Positions 47,902 through 57,137 of a stretch of 64,000 bases of DNA are shown here, one piece after another. Made by a program: the position numbers and the translations under genes. Source of the stretch: an uncultured Thermoplasmata archaeon (lineage in GTDB: Archaea > Thermoplasmatota > Thermoplasmata > RBG-16-68-12); NCBI GenBank assembly GCA_963768855.1, contig CAVYJM010000012.1, positions 1-64,000 of the forward strand. Direction: 5' to 3'. The notes beneath the pieces are model-generated. The model saw only the letters and a list, made by a program, of their open reading frames with translations, did no database searches and was not told where the DNA came from. The first letter of the stretch is position 1, and the number at the start of each line of letters is the position of its first letter.

Positions 47902-49666
47902 TCAGCGCGCCTCCAGCTTCTTGAAGTCCTCGTCCATCATCGTCAGCGTTTTCTCGAGCTCCTGGTCGAACTTCTCCTCGTACTTCACCCGGGTCAGGAG
48001 CTCCCGCGACTTGACGGAGGCGATGTCCTTGACCGGCACGTCCAGGGAGGCGGCTTTGCGGCCGAGGTCCGCGAACTTCTTGATCGAGGAGATCAGCTTG
48101 AACTGCCGCTCGGGAGGGCAGAACGTGTCCACGGGGTGGTACGCGTTCTGCTGCAGGAAGATCTCCCGGACCATCCGCGCCACCTCGAGGGTGAGTTGCT
48201 GCTCGGGGGGGAGCGCGTCCGCACCGACCAGCCGCACGATCTCCTCGAGCTCGGCCTCTTCTTGCAGGGTGCGCTGCGCCCACGAGCGCAGCTTGGGCCA
48301 CTCCTCGTTGACCTTCGTCCGGAACCACTCCTCGAGCTGCGGACCGTACAGGCTGTAGGAGGTGAGCCAGTTGATCGCAGGGAAGTGCCTCCGCGCGCGA
48401 AGGGCCGTGTCGAGGGCCCAGAACACCTTGACGATGCGGAGCGTCCCCTGGGTCACCGGCTCGGAGAAGTCGCCTCCGCTCGGGGACACGGCCCCGACGA
48501 CGCTGACGCTCCCTTCCCGGCCATTCAAGGTGGTCACGCGACCGGCTCGCTCGTAGAACTCGCTCAACCTGGCAGACAGATACGCCGGGAACCCTTCCTC
48601 GCCCGGCATCTCCTCGAGTCGGCTCGAGATCTCACGCATCGCCTCGGCCCACCGCGAGGTGGAGTCGGCCATGAGTGCGACGTTGTAGCCCATATCGCGG
48701 TAGTATTCCGCCAGGGTCATGCCGGTGTACACGGACGCTTCCCGTGCGGCGACGGGCATGTTACTCGTGTTCGCGATGAGGGCCATGCGATCCATGAGCG
48801 GAGCCCCCGTATACGGGTCCTCGAGCTTGGGGAACGTGGTCAGGACCTCCGTCATCTCGTTGCCGCGCTCGCCGCAGCCGATGTAGATGACCACCTGGGC
48901 GTCGCACCACTTGCTCAGTTGCTGCTCGCTCACCGTCTTCCCCGTCCCGAAGCCGCCGGGGATTGCGGCCGTGCCGCCCTTCGCGAGCGGGAACAGGAAG
49001 TCCATGACCCGCTGTCCCGTGATGAGCGGCACGGTAGGCATGAGCCGCTCCTTCGAGGGCCGGGGCCGGCGCACGGGCCACTCCTGCATCATCATGATCT
49101 TGCGGCCGTCGCTCAGCTCGACGACCGTCTCGTCGACCTTCATCTTCCCGGAGCGCACCCGGATGACCTTGCCGGACACATCCGGAGGGACCATGATCCG
49201 GTGCTCGACGTTCTTGGCCTCCTGCACGGTCCCGAGGACCTGGCCGCCCCGCACCGCGTCGCCTTCCTTGGCGAGGGGCTTGAAGTCCCAGAGTTTCTCG
49301 CGGCTCAGGCCCGGGGCGCGCACGCCGCGCAAGATGAAGTCGCCCATGACCTTCTGCAGGACGGGCAGCGGTCTCTGGACGCCGTCGTAGATGTTGCCGA
49401 GGAGCCCGGGTCCGAGCTCCACGGTCAGGGGCTTCCCGGAGTCCACCACGGGCTCGCCCGGGGCGGATGCCCGCGGTTTCCTCGTAGACCTGGATGACCG
49501 TCTTCTCGCCGCGGAGCTGGATGACCTCGCCCATCAGCTTCTCGGTGCCGACGTACATCACGTCGTACATCCGGGGCCGCAGGCCCGTCGCGGTCACGAC
49601 CGGACCCGCGACCCGCTGAATCTCCCCCGTCGCTTTCCCATGCTCCACCGTCGCGCTCAGCGCCAC
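47902..49666 (-). CDS. atpA: A/V-type ATP synthase subunit A (frameshift at 49457-49459)
   Basis: N-terminus (RVAGPVV...[12 protein letters not shown]) in track ORF 48761-49666, remainder ([38 protein letters not shown]) in 47902-49449; removing one G gives 587 aa. Confidence 0.95.
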
Positions 49667-49675
49667 TTCCTCACC

Positions 49676-49972
49676 TCACTTGAACAGATCAACGCCAATG
49701 GCCCGTTTCACCTTCGTGCGGAGGTCCTCGTCCTCCGCCGCGCCGACCCCGATCACGACGGGCCTCGCGGCGGACTCGAGCCGCCGGCGCATCGTGTTGC
49801 TCAGGGTCTTCATGTCGGCCGTGTCGAGCACGAGGATGCCGACGTCCGCGTCGTCGAGGACCTGCCCGATCTTCTTCTCGAGGTCCTCCCTCGTGGCGGA
49901 GATGGCTTTCCGCACGCCGACGAGCTTGAACCCCTGGACGAAGTCGTCCCGGCCCACGGCGGCGATCTCCAT
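49676..49972 (-). CDS. atpF: A/V-type ATP synthase subunit F
   Basis: MEIAAVGRDDFVQGFKLVGV...LRTKVKRAIGVDL; operon position. Confidence 0.93.
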   Translation of the reverse strand: MEIAAVGRDDFVQGFKLVGVRKAISATREDLEKKIGQVLDDADVGILVLDTADMKTLSNTMRRRLESAARPVVIGVGAAEDEDLRTKVKRAIGVDLFK

Positions 49973-49974
49973 CG

Positions 49975-51096
49975 TCACACCACCAGGAGTTCGCGGATCG
50001 TCTCGGTTGGAAGCCCGCTTTCCTTGCCGCGGGCGATGAGCCGGATGTTCGTTGCCTCTCGGTCCTTGAGGACGATGTAGTCCAGGATCGGGAGGATGGA
50101 GAGGGGATGGAGGTGCGCGTACCGCGCGGCCTCGAGCAGGTGGACCTTCTCCACCCGCCGCACGAGGACGCCGATCCCGGTCTCCTCGACTTTCTCGAGG
50201 GCGCCTGCGATGTCCTCGTAGTACGAGTAATCCTGGAGCCGGCGGACGAGGTTCACCTTGTCGAGGGTGACGAGCTCATGCAGCTCGTCCACGGTCATCT
50301 CGTCGCCTCCGTCCAGGAAGATCTCCCGGCCGAACTGGGCCTTCGCGGCCCAGGCGCGCAGGAGCGTCTTCAGGTTGATGATGTCGATCTCCCGCTGCAC
50401 GAACAGCCTCATCAGGCGGTTCGCGTCCGAGGACGGCGGGATCGACGCGAGGAGCTCGGCGTAATAGAGGCGCGACACGAGGTCCTCCCACTCGGACCAG
50501 TTCGCGACCTCGGATGGCTTCTTGCGCAGGATGGAGAGGGCCGCCGCGTAGATCGTCCCGTCGAGCGCCTTGAAGACGGCGTCGAGGCTCGGGGCCGCGA
50601 CGAGTTCGTCGAGGAACTCCGAACTGAAGCTCCCGGCGGGGACGAGGTCCTCCTCGACGTCCTCGGCGGACGCGCCGTACGTCCGTGCGCGCACGATCGT
50701 CTTGACGTTCTCCAGGTCGAAGCGGTCCAGGTAGCGGCCCACCATGGCCCGGAGGCTCCCCTCGGAGAAGTCGAAGATCCGGTTGTAGGTCTCGGCGAGG
50801 TTCTGCGAGACGGCCTTCTCAATCAGGTCCACACCGGAGTACTTCGCTCCGAGTGCGAGCATCTCCGCCTTGTACTCCCGCTCCCCGAGGAACCGTGCGA
50901 TCTCCGGCACTTCCATGAGCAGCAGCCGGTCGTACGTCTCCTTCGGCAGGAGATGGGCGCGTTTCGCCTTCACCCGTGCGGTCACGTACGGGTAGTTGCC
51001 CGATTCGATCGGAAGCCGGTCCCGGATCCAGCGGTACCGCCGGATCGCGCGGTCCCGGACGTCCTCCGTCACGCCTTGGAGACCCTCGAAGGCCAT
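49975..51096 (-). CDS. atpC: A/V-type ATP synthase subunit C
   Basis: YPYVTARVKAK, DLENVKTIVR, EIDIINLKTLLR, EATNIRLIARGK. Confidence 0.93.
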   Translation of the reverse strand: MAFEGLQGVTEDVRDRAIRRYRWIRDRLPIESGNYPYVTARVKAKRAHLLPKETYDRLLLMEVPEIARFLGEREYKAEMLALGAKYSGVDLIEKAVSQNLAETYNRIFDFSEGSLRAMVGRYLDRFDLENVKTIVRARTYGASAEDVEEDLVPAGSFSSEFLDELVAAPSLDAVFKALDGTIYAAALSILRKKPSEVANWSEWEDLVSRLYYAELLASIPPSSDANRLMRLFVQREIDIINLKTLLRAWAAKAQFGREIFLDGGDEMTVDELHELVTLDKVNLVRRLQDYSYYEDIAGALEKVEETGIGVLVRRVEKVHLLEAARYAHLHPLSILPILDYIVLKDREATNIRLIARGKESGLPTETIRELLVV

Positions 51097-51641
51097 AGGA
51101 TCTCGGCCACCTCACGCACGGAGTCGTTCCAAACATCTCGCAGGATCGATTCGTACCGCAGGTCGACGCGGCGCGTCCCGTCCGCGTTCTCGATAAGGAT
51201 GCCGCCTGCACACTCGATCGTCCCGGCGAAGGACCGCCCGGCCAGCTGCTTGACGAGCGCCTGGTCGTTCGCGTTGCAGTAGACCCGGCCGCCTGCTTTC
51301 CAGTCCTCCTCGTTCGCCTTCAGGAGGACGCGGAGGAAGTCCGCGTTCTCCCTCAGGGAGGAGAGGCGGGCCAGGGCGCGCTGGTACACCTCGTCGAGGG
51401 CTTCCTTCTGGGCCGTGAGCACGCTCTTCCGGGCCTCCAGCTCGGCGCGGGCGAGGTCCTGCACCTTCTTGCGCTGGGCCGCTTCCTCCCCCCTCTGGGA
51501 GGCCTCGCGGAGCATCTGGTCGCCTTCGGTGCGAATCTCCGAGAGCATGCGCTCTGCCTCGGCCCTTGCCTGGGCGAGAATCTCGCCCGCTTCGGTCTTC
51601 CCTTTGTCCAGGATGACCTGGACGAAGGTGTCCAGGGACAT
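51069..51641 (-). CDS. atpE: A/V-type ATP synthase subunit E
   Basis: Coiled-coil N-terminus, CAGGILIENADGTRRVDLRYES; operon position. Confidence 0.9.
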   Translation of the reverse strand: MSLDTFVQVILDKGKTEAGEILAQARAEAERMLSEIRTEGDQMLREASQRGEEAAQRKKVQDLARAELEARKSVLTAQKEALDEVYQRALARLSSLRENADFLRVLLKANEEDWKAGGRVYCNANDQALVKQLAGRSFAGTIECAGGILIENADGTRRVDLRYESILRDVWNDSVREVAEILWPSRVSKA

Positions 51642-51656
51642 CGCTCACCTAGCCGC

Positions 51657-51890
51657 TCAGCCCAATTGTCCGAGAAGCAGGAAGGCGATGACGAGGCCGA
51701 AGACGACAATGGTCTCAGGGATGACGACGAGCGGGAGAACCCGACCGAAGAGTTCGGGCTTCTCAGCGATCGCACCCACCGATGCCGCTCCAATCACTTT
51801 CTCGGCCCACGCTGTCGCCAATCCCGTCCCAAAGACGGTCAGGGCGGCAGCCATGGCCACCAGTCCTTGCGCTTCCGCTGCTACTGTCAT
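51657..51890 (-). CDS. atpK: A/V-type ATP synthase proteolipid subunit K/c (single hairpin)
   Basis: ATAWAEKVIGAASVGAIAEKPE...VIPETIVVFGLVIAFLL, with ion-binding Glu in PET. Confidence 0.95.
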   Translation of the reverse strand: MTVAAEAQGLVAMAAALTVFGTGLATAWAEKVIGAASVGAIAEKPELFGRVLPLVVIPETIVVFGLVIAFLLLGQLG

Positions 51891-51896
51891 GTGGTT

Positions 51897-53927
51897 TCAC
51901 ACCTCCGATTTCATTCTCTCGCCAAAGGGTCGGAACAACGTCCCGGTGCCCTTGTAAAACTTCAGGAAGAACTCCACGTAGTTGAGACGGATGGATTGGA
52001 TCGTCCCGGAGATCGTGCTGAGGAGGAAGATGAGCAGGTTCGACAGGGCCATGAGCACGATTCCGATGATGATGCCCACGATCGATCCCGGGATGATGAA
52101 GTAGTCCAGGGCGATCACATTGAGCGCGAAGATGACCGCCTCCTCCGCGACCCCGATGCCGGCGAGACGCGCATACGAGATCACGTTGGCCAGGAGGCCG
52201 AAGACCTCCATGAGATGCAGGCCGCCCTCCGTAACGAGGACGAGCCCAATTCCCGCGACGAGGAGGCCGATCGCCACATTCGGGATCTCGTTCGCGGCGG
52301 TGAATCCCATGCCGGACTCCAGGATCCCTCCCCGCGGAAACCACCCAAGGGGCCCGTTCCAGATCAGGTATCCCCACGTCCCCGGCCAGCGCGCGGCGCG
52401 GACGATGAGGACGACGTACAGGCCGAACAGGACGAGGAACCAGCCGAACTTGCCCACCGCGTGCTTGATGCTGTGGCGGATGTCGTCGAAGACGCCGATG
52501 ATGAAACCCGTGCCCAGGTGAAGGAAGGCCACGGACACGGACATGATGATGAAGTCGGGGACCTGGTGCAGCTTCTCGATGATGGGCGTGATCGGGAGGT
52601 TGAGGTGGAGGACGTTGTCGGACCAGTTGAAGAACTCCGCGGACCCGGCGACCGATCCGATGGGTGCGTGGAACGGGATGCCGAAGGCCTCCGCGAACAC
52701 GAAGGTCCCGAAGACCGTTGCCCAGAATCCGCCCCAGATGAACGCGACGAGAAGGTTCTTCCAGAAGTCCCACGGCCGGTTCTTCCAACGGCGGAGGAGC
52801 CAGATTCCGTAGGCCATCCAGATGATTCCATACCCGGCGTCGCCGACCATGATCCCGAACATCATCGGGAACGCGAGGGAGAACACGAGAGTCGGATCGA
52901 TCTCGCGGTAGCTAGGCGTGCCGAACATGTTCACGAGCATCTCGAACGGCTTCATCGGCTTCGGGTTCTTCAGCAGGACCGGGGGCTCCTGCGCCGCCTC
53001 TTCATGCTTGGCGGCCTTGTGGCCTTCTGCCTCGTCGAGTTCGGATACGAACGTGTCCGGGATCTTGCCGATCTCTTCCTTCAGCCGGGGGAAGGTCTCC
53101 TCGGGGACCCAGCCCTCCACGATGAAGGTGTGTTCCGTGACCGCGAACCGGAGGGGAGCCTCCGCCTTCTCGACCTCAATCTCGAGGTGTGCCTTCGCCG
53201 CAGCCAGGAACGCCGAGTACCGCTCGCGCAACGTGCCGAGGCTCTCGTCGATCTCGCTGAGGCGCTTCTCCCACCGCGCCCGCTCCGCGAGGGTTTCCGC
53301 GAGCGCGTCCCGGGGATGACCGCGGCCCTCCGGGATCGGCACGCTCGTGAAGCCCTGCTGGCCGAGGAAGTCGCGCACGGCGGCTGCGCCGGCCTTCGGT
53401 ACGAACAGGGCGATGAACCCGGGCACGGAGAACAGCTCGAACTCGGGCGTCACCTTGTCCAGCCCTGCAATCTCGCGCGGGGCCTTCCCAACGAGCACTT
53501 CGATGCTGTCATAGCCGGCATAGTCCTCGAAGGCGAGGGGGAGCTGCGCGAACGGGGTCAGCTCCTCGACCTTGTGACTCAATTCCTGCAGGAGGGCCTG
53601 GACCTTCTTCCGCGTCGCGTCCTGCTCGGAGATATTCAGCTCCAGGGAGAGGATCTTCTCGCGGATGTCGCCCGTGACCGGCTCGAGCGGCGCGGTCGTC
53701 TTCGGTTCCTGGACCTGGAGAACGTTCGCGATCGACCGGAGCTTCACGAGGACTTCGGAGGCCTCCGCGGCACGGGCGAGCGGCTTGCCGATCTCGAGGT
53801 CTTCGTGTCCGGCCGTGTGGTCGACGATGTGGAGAAGCTTGAGATCGTACAGGATCGTCACGGTCTTGTCAAGCGCGTCGCGCGGGCCCACGATCAGAGT
53901 CCGGGCCATCGGGGCGGGTCTAAGCAT
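51897..53927 (-). CDS. atpI: A/V-type ATP synthase subunit I/a
   Basis: VEGWVP, PPVLLKNP, PSYREIDPT, FGIMVGDAGYG, NVISYARLAGIG, QSIRLNYVEFF. Confidence 0.96.
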   Translation of the reverse strand: MLRPAPMARTLIVGPRDALDKTVTILYDLKLLHIVDHTAGHEDLEIGKPLARAAEASEVLVKLRSIANVLQVQEPKTTAPLEPVTGDIREKILSLELNISEQDATRKKVQALLQELSHKVEELTPFAQLPLAFEDYAGYDSIEVLVGKAPREIAGLDKVTPEFELFSVPGFIALFVPKAGAAAVRDFLGQQGFTSVPIPEGRGHPRDALAETLAERARWEKRLSEIDESLGTLRERYSAFLAAAKAHLEIEVEKAEAPLRFAVTEHTFIVEGWVPEETFPRLKEEIGKIPDTFVSELDEAEGHKAAKHEEAAQEPPVLLKNPKPMKPFEMLVNMFGTPSYREIDPTLVFSLAFPMMFGIMVGDAGYGIIWMAYGIWLLRRWKNRPWDFWKNLLVAFIWGGFWATVFGTFVFAEAFGIPFHAPIGSVAGSAEFFNWSDNVLHLNLPITPIIEKLHQVPDFIIMSVSVAFLHLGTGFIIGVFDDIRHSIKHAVGKFGWFLVLFGLYVVLIVRAARWPGTWGYLIWNGPLGWFPRGGILESGMGFTAANEIPNVAIGLLVAGIGLVLVTEGGLHLMEVFGLLANVISYARLAGIGVAEEAVIFALNVIALDYFIIPGSIVGIIIGIVLMALSNLLIFLLSTISGTIQSIRLNYVEFFLKFYKGTGTLFRPFGERMKSEV

Positions 53928-54246
53928 TCACCGCACCCTTGAACTTCTCGATCAACCGGTCGACGGCGCGCTCGACGTTGGCCTCGGCCTCCTTCCGGAG
54001 CACCTCCGCCTCCTTCCGGCCTCCCGCCAGGACGCGCTCGCGCTCGCTCGCCGTGGATGCGTCGACCTTGCGGACGATCTCGTCCTGCTTCTGCTCCGCG
54101 GTCTTGCGGAGTGATTCCCGGAGTTCGAACCCCTGCCGACGGGCCTCGCGGAGGATTCGTTCCCTCTTCTCGACGGCTGCCGCTTTCTCGCGGCGGACCT
54201 GCTCCTCCGTCTCCTTGATTTTATGGAGAGTTTCCTCTTTCTGCAT
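53920..54246 (-). CDS. atpH: A/V-type ATP synthase peripheral-stalk subunit H/G
   Basis: First gene of operon; charged coiled coil ETLHKIKETEEQ...AVDRLIEKF; TATA CTTATAAAG (minus strand) near 54275-54283. Confidence 0.85.
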   Translation of the reverse strand: MQKEETLHKIKETEEQVRREKAAAVEKRERILREARRQGFELRESLRKTAEQKQDEIVRKVDASTASERERVLAGGRKEAEVLRKEAEANVERAVDRLIEKFKGAVNA

Positions 54247-54638
54247 GGAGTCCAAGCCGCCGTAAACCCGGGCACTTTATAAGCGTTTGGTAGGTGTCCC
54301 GGAGTGCGTCGTCGCGGGCCCGTTGAGGCGGGCCGAACCGCCTCCCGCGAGCTATTTTTATCCAGCTTGGATTATGGAAATCCTGCCGCATCGATGCCTC
54401 GGTCGCAAGCCGCGCCGGACTCAACTCCGGGACGAATCCATGGCACGGAGAGGACGGCGGATGACGGCTCCATGAGCGCTCGCCGAATCGTGTTTGAGGA
54501 ACGCCGAAATCCGGAGACGCGGCGCGGTCGTAGCGCCGCGCCTTCGCGCTCGCCCAGCACAAGGTTTAAGTCTAATCCTTCTTTGTCGCAAACACCCGGA
54601 GACGCTCCATGGCGGCCCGGGCCCAAGAGGGTCGTGGG

Positions 54639-55262
54639 ATGAGGACCTTTGTACTGCTCGTAGCGGCAGTGATATTGAGCGTTTCCGCTCTTCCGATGAC
54701 TGCGACCCCGGCCACGGCAGCCTCAACGATCCCCGAACTCAAACTGACTATCCTCGGGGAGCAGAACGGGACCACGTACCAGTTCAGCCCGAGTCGGATC
54801 CTCCTGCCGCAGGTCCCGATCCTCATGAACATCACCTTCATCAACAACCAAACCGCCGGGAGCACGGTCCGGCACACCTTCTCGATCGACAGCTCGGGCG
54901 GGAAGACCATCCTCGACTACGACCTCGTCGCCCAGCAGAACGTGACGTTCGACATTCTGGTCAACTCGATGACGAACATCACGTGGAACGGGACTTCCTT
55001 CACGCCGGCCGTCGGGCCGACGGGCGGCATCAAGTTCTACTGCGTCTACCACCTCCCGGGCATGGTCGGTGAGCTGACCCTGGCGGGCGCCCCGTCCACG
55101 ACCGGCACGGAACAGAACGGCGTCTTCCTGCGGGCGTACTGGATCGGGATGATCGGGATCGCCGCGATGCTCGTGTGGATCGGCATCAGCTACTACATCA
55201 TCAAGGCCTCGACTCCCCGCTTCAAGGACAACCGCGAACACCTGAGGAAGGGTCTTCCGTGA
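54639..55262 (+). CDS. membrane-anchored type-1 blue copper (cupredoxin) protein
   Basis: Signal peptide, FSPSRI, RHTFSI (His), FYCVYHLPGMVGEL (C-x2-H-x3-M), C-terminal TM. Confidence 0.82.
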   Translation: MRTFVLLVAAVILSVSALPMTATPATAASTIPELKLTILGEQNGTTYQFSPSRILLPQVPILMNITFINNQTAGSTVRHTFSIDSSGGKTILDYDLVAQQNVTFDILVNSMTNITWNGTSFTPAVGPTGGIKFYCVYHLPGMVGELTLAGAPSTTGTEQNGVFLRAYWIGMIGIAAMLVWIGISYYIIKASTPRFKDNREHLRKGLP

Positions 55263-55552
55263 CCACGCTGATCCGGAGCGACGCGCCGCGACGGAGCGCC
55301 ATGGCGGCCGTCGCCATCGCGGGCCTCGTGATCGGCAGCCTCTGGTTCAGCGCCCTCAGCATCTTCCTCGCCCTCCAGGCCGCCAGCGGGGTCTACCCGA
55401 ACGACGTGAACGTCTACATGTCCCTCTTCCTCGGCATGGTCTTCGTCTGCGCGACGGTGGCCGTGGACATCTATCGCAGAGAGTTCATGCCCGACGAGCT
55501 CATCCATAAGATCCGGCGGCCCAAGCTGGTCCCGCCGAGGATGTTCCGCTGA
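55259..55552 (+). CDS. small 2-TM membrane protein in the Rieske/cytb operon
   Basis: GTG overlaps upstream TGA; two TM helices and a basic tail. Confidence 0.7.
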   Translation: MTTLIRSDAPRRSAMAAVAIAGLVIGSLWFSALSIFLALQAASGVYPNDVNVYMSLFLGMVFVCATVAVDIYRREFMPDELIHKIRRPKLVPPRMFR

Positions 55553-55560
55553 GGTGGTCC

Positions 55561-56343
55561 ATGAGCTGGGAGCAGGAGGAGAAGCAGAAGCGGTTCACCC
55601 GGCGCGAGTGGGTGAAGCTCAGCATGACCCTGGGCACGGTCGGTGCCCTGGGCGGCCTCGGCGGGCTCCTGAACGGGCAGCTCCTGCCGCCCCCGATCCA
55701 GCTCAGCGGCGAGGTCCGCGAGGGCCTGTACTACACGAAGTTCCCGACCCCGCAGTGGTGGAACGACAAGGACGGCACCCCGGTCAAGGCCGCGGACTTC
55801 AAGATCTGGGATGGGTCCACGGCGGTCTGGCGCGGGCTCTACCAGAACAACCAGCTCCTGCCGGGGACGGGCTTTCCATGCATCGTGATCCGGATTCCCA
55901 TCGACGCCCCGGAGTTCACCTTCCCGGATGCAGCGACCCTCACCGCCAACAGCATCGCGCCGCCGCCCGCGGGATTCGAGTACTATTACGAGGACAAGAC
56001 GACGGACACCCGCATCGTCGTGTGCTACGACCGTTGCGTCCACCTGTGCTGCTACCCGGGATGGCACGTCGTGACGAACCCGCCTCCTGGCCGGGACTAT
56101 GCGGTGCCCCCGCCGACCTACGATGTCTATCACGAGGACCCGATCTACTGCATCTGCCACGGATCGCAGTACGACCCGCTCCTCCTCACCGTGAACTTCA
56201 ATCCGCACAGCAACGTGAACTACATCGGGGCCGAGCGGGTCCACGGACCCGCCCCGCGGGCCCTCGTGGTGATCCCGGTGAAGAACGTGGGCGGCGCCCT
56301 GGTCGGGGGCATGCCGAACCCGAACTGGTACGTCTACTGTTGA
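55561..56343 (+). CDS. petC: Rieske [2Fe-2S] protein of a Rieske/cytochrome b complex
   Basis: Tat-like TRREWVK plus TM, box I CVHLCC, box II CICHGSQYD, GPAPRAL. Confidence 0.92.
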   Translation: MSWEQEEKQKRFTRREWVKLSMTLGTVGALGGLGGLLNGQLLPPPIQLSGEVREGLYYTKFPTPQWWNDKDGTPVKAADFKIWDGSTAVWRGLYQNNQLLPGTGFPCIVIRIPIDAPEFTFPDAATLTANSIAPPPAGFEYYYEDKTTDTRIVVCYDRCVHLCCYPGWHVVTNPPPGRDYAVPPPTYDVYHEDPIYCICHGSQYDPLLLTVNFNPHSNVNYIGAERVHGPAPRALVVIPVKNVGGALVGGMPNPNWYVYC

Positions 56344-56352
56344 GGTGGTGCG

Positions 56353-57129
56353 ATGGCGTCAGGAGCGTCCGGATCGTTGCGGGAGGACGGCCAGCGCACG
56401 GTCTTCGGCTGGTTCAAGACCCGCTTCCCGACCGTGCCGTGGGCCGACCTGACCCGGAAGGCGCTCGAGACGGACCAGCGGCAGATGCCGCGCAGCCACG
56501 CGGAGAAGTACGAGCTCAAGACGATCTGGTACTGGTACCCCCTCTACTGCCTCGGGGGCATCTCGTTCGTCGCGTTCATCATCCTCACCCTGACGGGGAT
56601 TATCCTGGGCTTCTTCTACGTCCCGAACGGCGCTTACGTGTACTCGGCGACGGGCGGGCTCACGAACGCCGCCTACGACTCGATGACGCGGATCATGACC
56701 CAGGTGCCCTTCGGCTACATCGTCCGGGGAATGCACCACTGGGCCGCGCACGTGATGATCGCGGCCGTCTTCCTGCACATGTGCCGCGTCTACTTCACGG
56801 GCGCGTACAAGAAGCCGAGGGAGCTGAACTGGCTCATCGGCGTCGTCCTTCTCCTGCTCACAATCCTGTTCGGGTACTCCGGCTACCTGCTCCCGGCCAA
56901 TGACCTGAGCGAGGGCGCCGCGAACATCGGGATCGAGATGACGCGGGCCTCCCCGCTCATCGGGGACCAGCTCGCGACGCTCCTCTGGGGCAGCACGAGC
57001 ACGCTCTCCGGCTACTACATCCTGCGGTGGTACTGGATCCACGTGTTCATCTTGCCGTTCGTCGGCGTGGGCCTGATGGTCGTCCACATGGCCCTCGTCT
57101 GGATCCAGGGCGTCGCGGAGCCGCACTGA
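56353..57129 (+). CDS. petB: cytochrome b6-like N-terminal subunit (split cytochrome b)
   Basis: YCLGGI, LTGIILGFFYVP, GYIVRGMHHWAAH...FLHMCRVYFTGAYKKPRELNW, FGYSGYLLP, WIH...VH: four heme His ligands. Confidence 0.93.
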   Translation: MASGASGSLREDGQRTVFGWFKTRFPTVPWADLTRKALETDQRQMPRSHAEKYELKTIWYWYPLYCLGGISFVAFIILTLTGIILGFFYVPNGAYVYSATGGLTNAAYDSMTRIMTQVPFGYIVRGMHHWAAHVMIAAVFLHMCRVYFTGAYKKPRELNWLIGVVLLLLTILFGYSGYLLPANDLSEGAANIGIEMTRASPLIGDQLATLLWGSTSTLSGYYILRWYWIHVFILPFVGVGLMVVHMALVWIQGVAEPH

Positions 57130-57137
57130 GGTGGGTC

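Noticed and set aside
54518-54540. 8-bp GC-only inverted repeat in the atp/bc intergenic region
   Set aside because: All-GC stems of this length are expected by chance at this composition.
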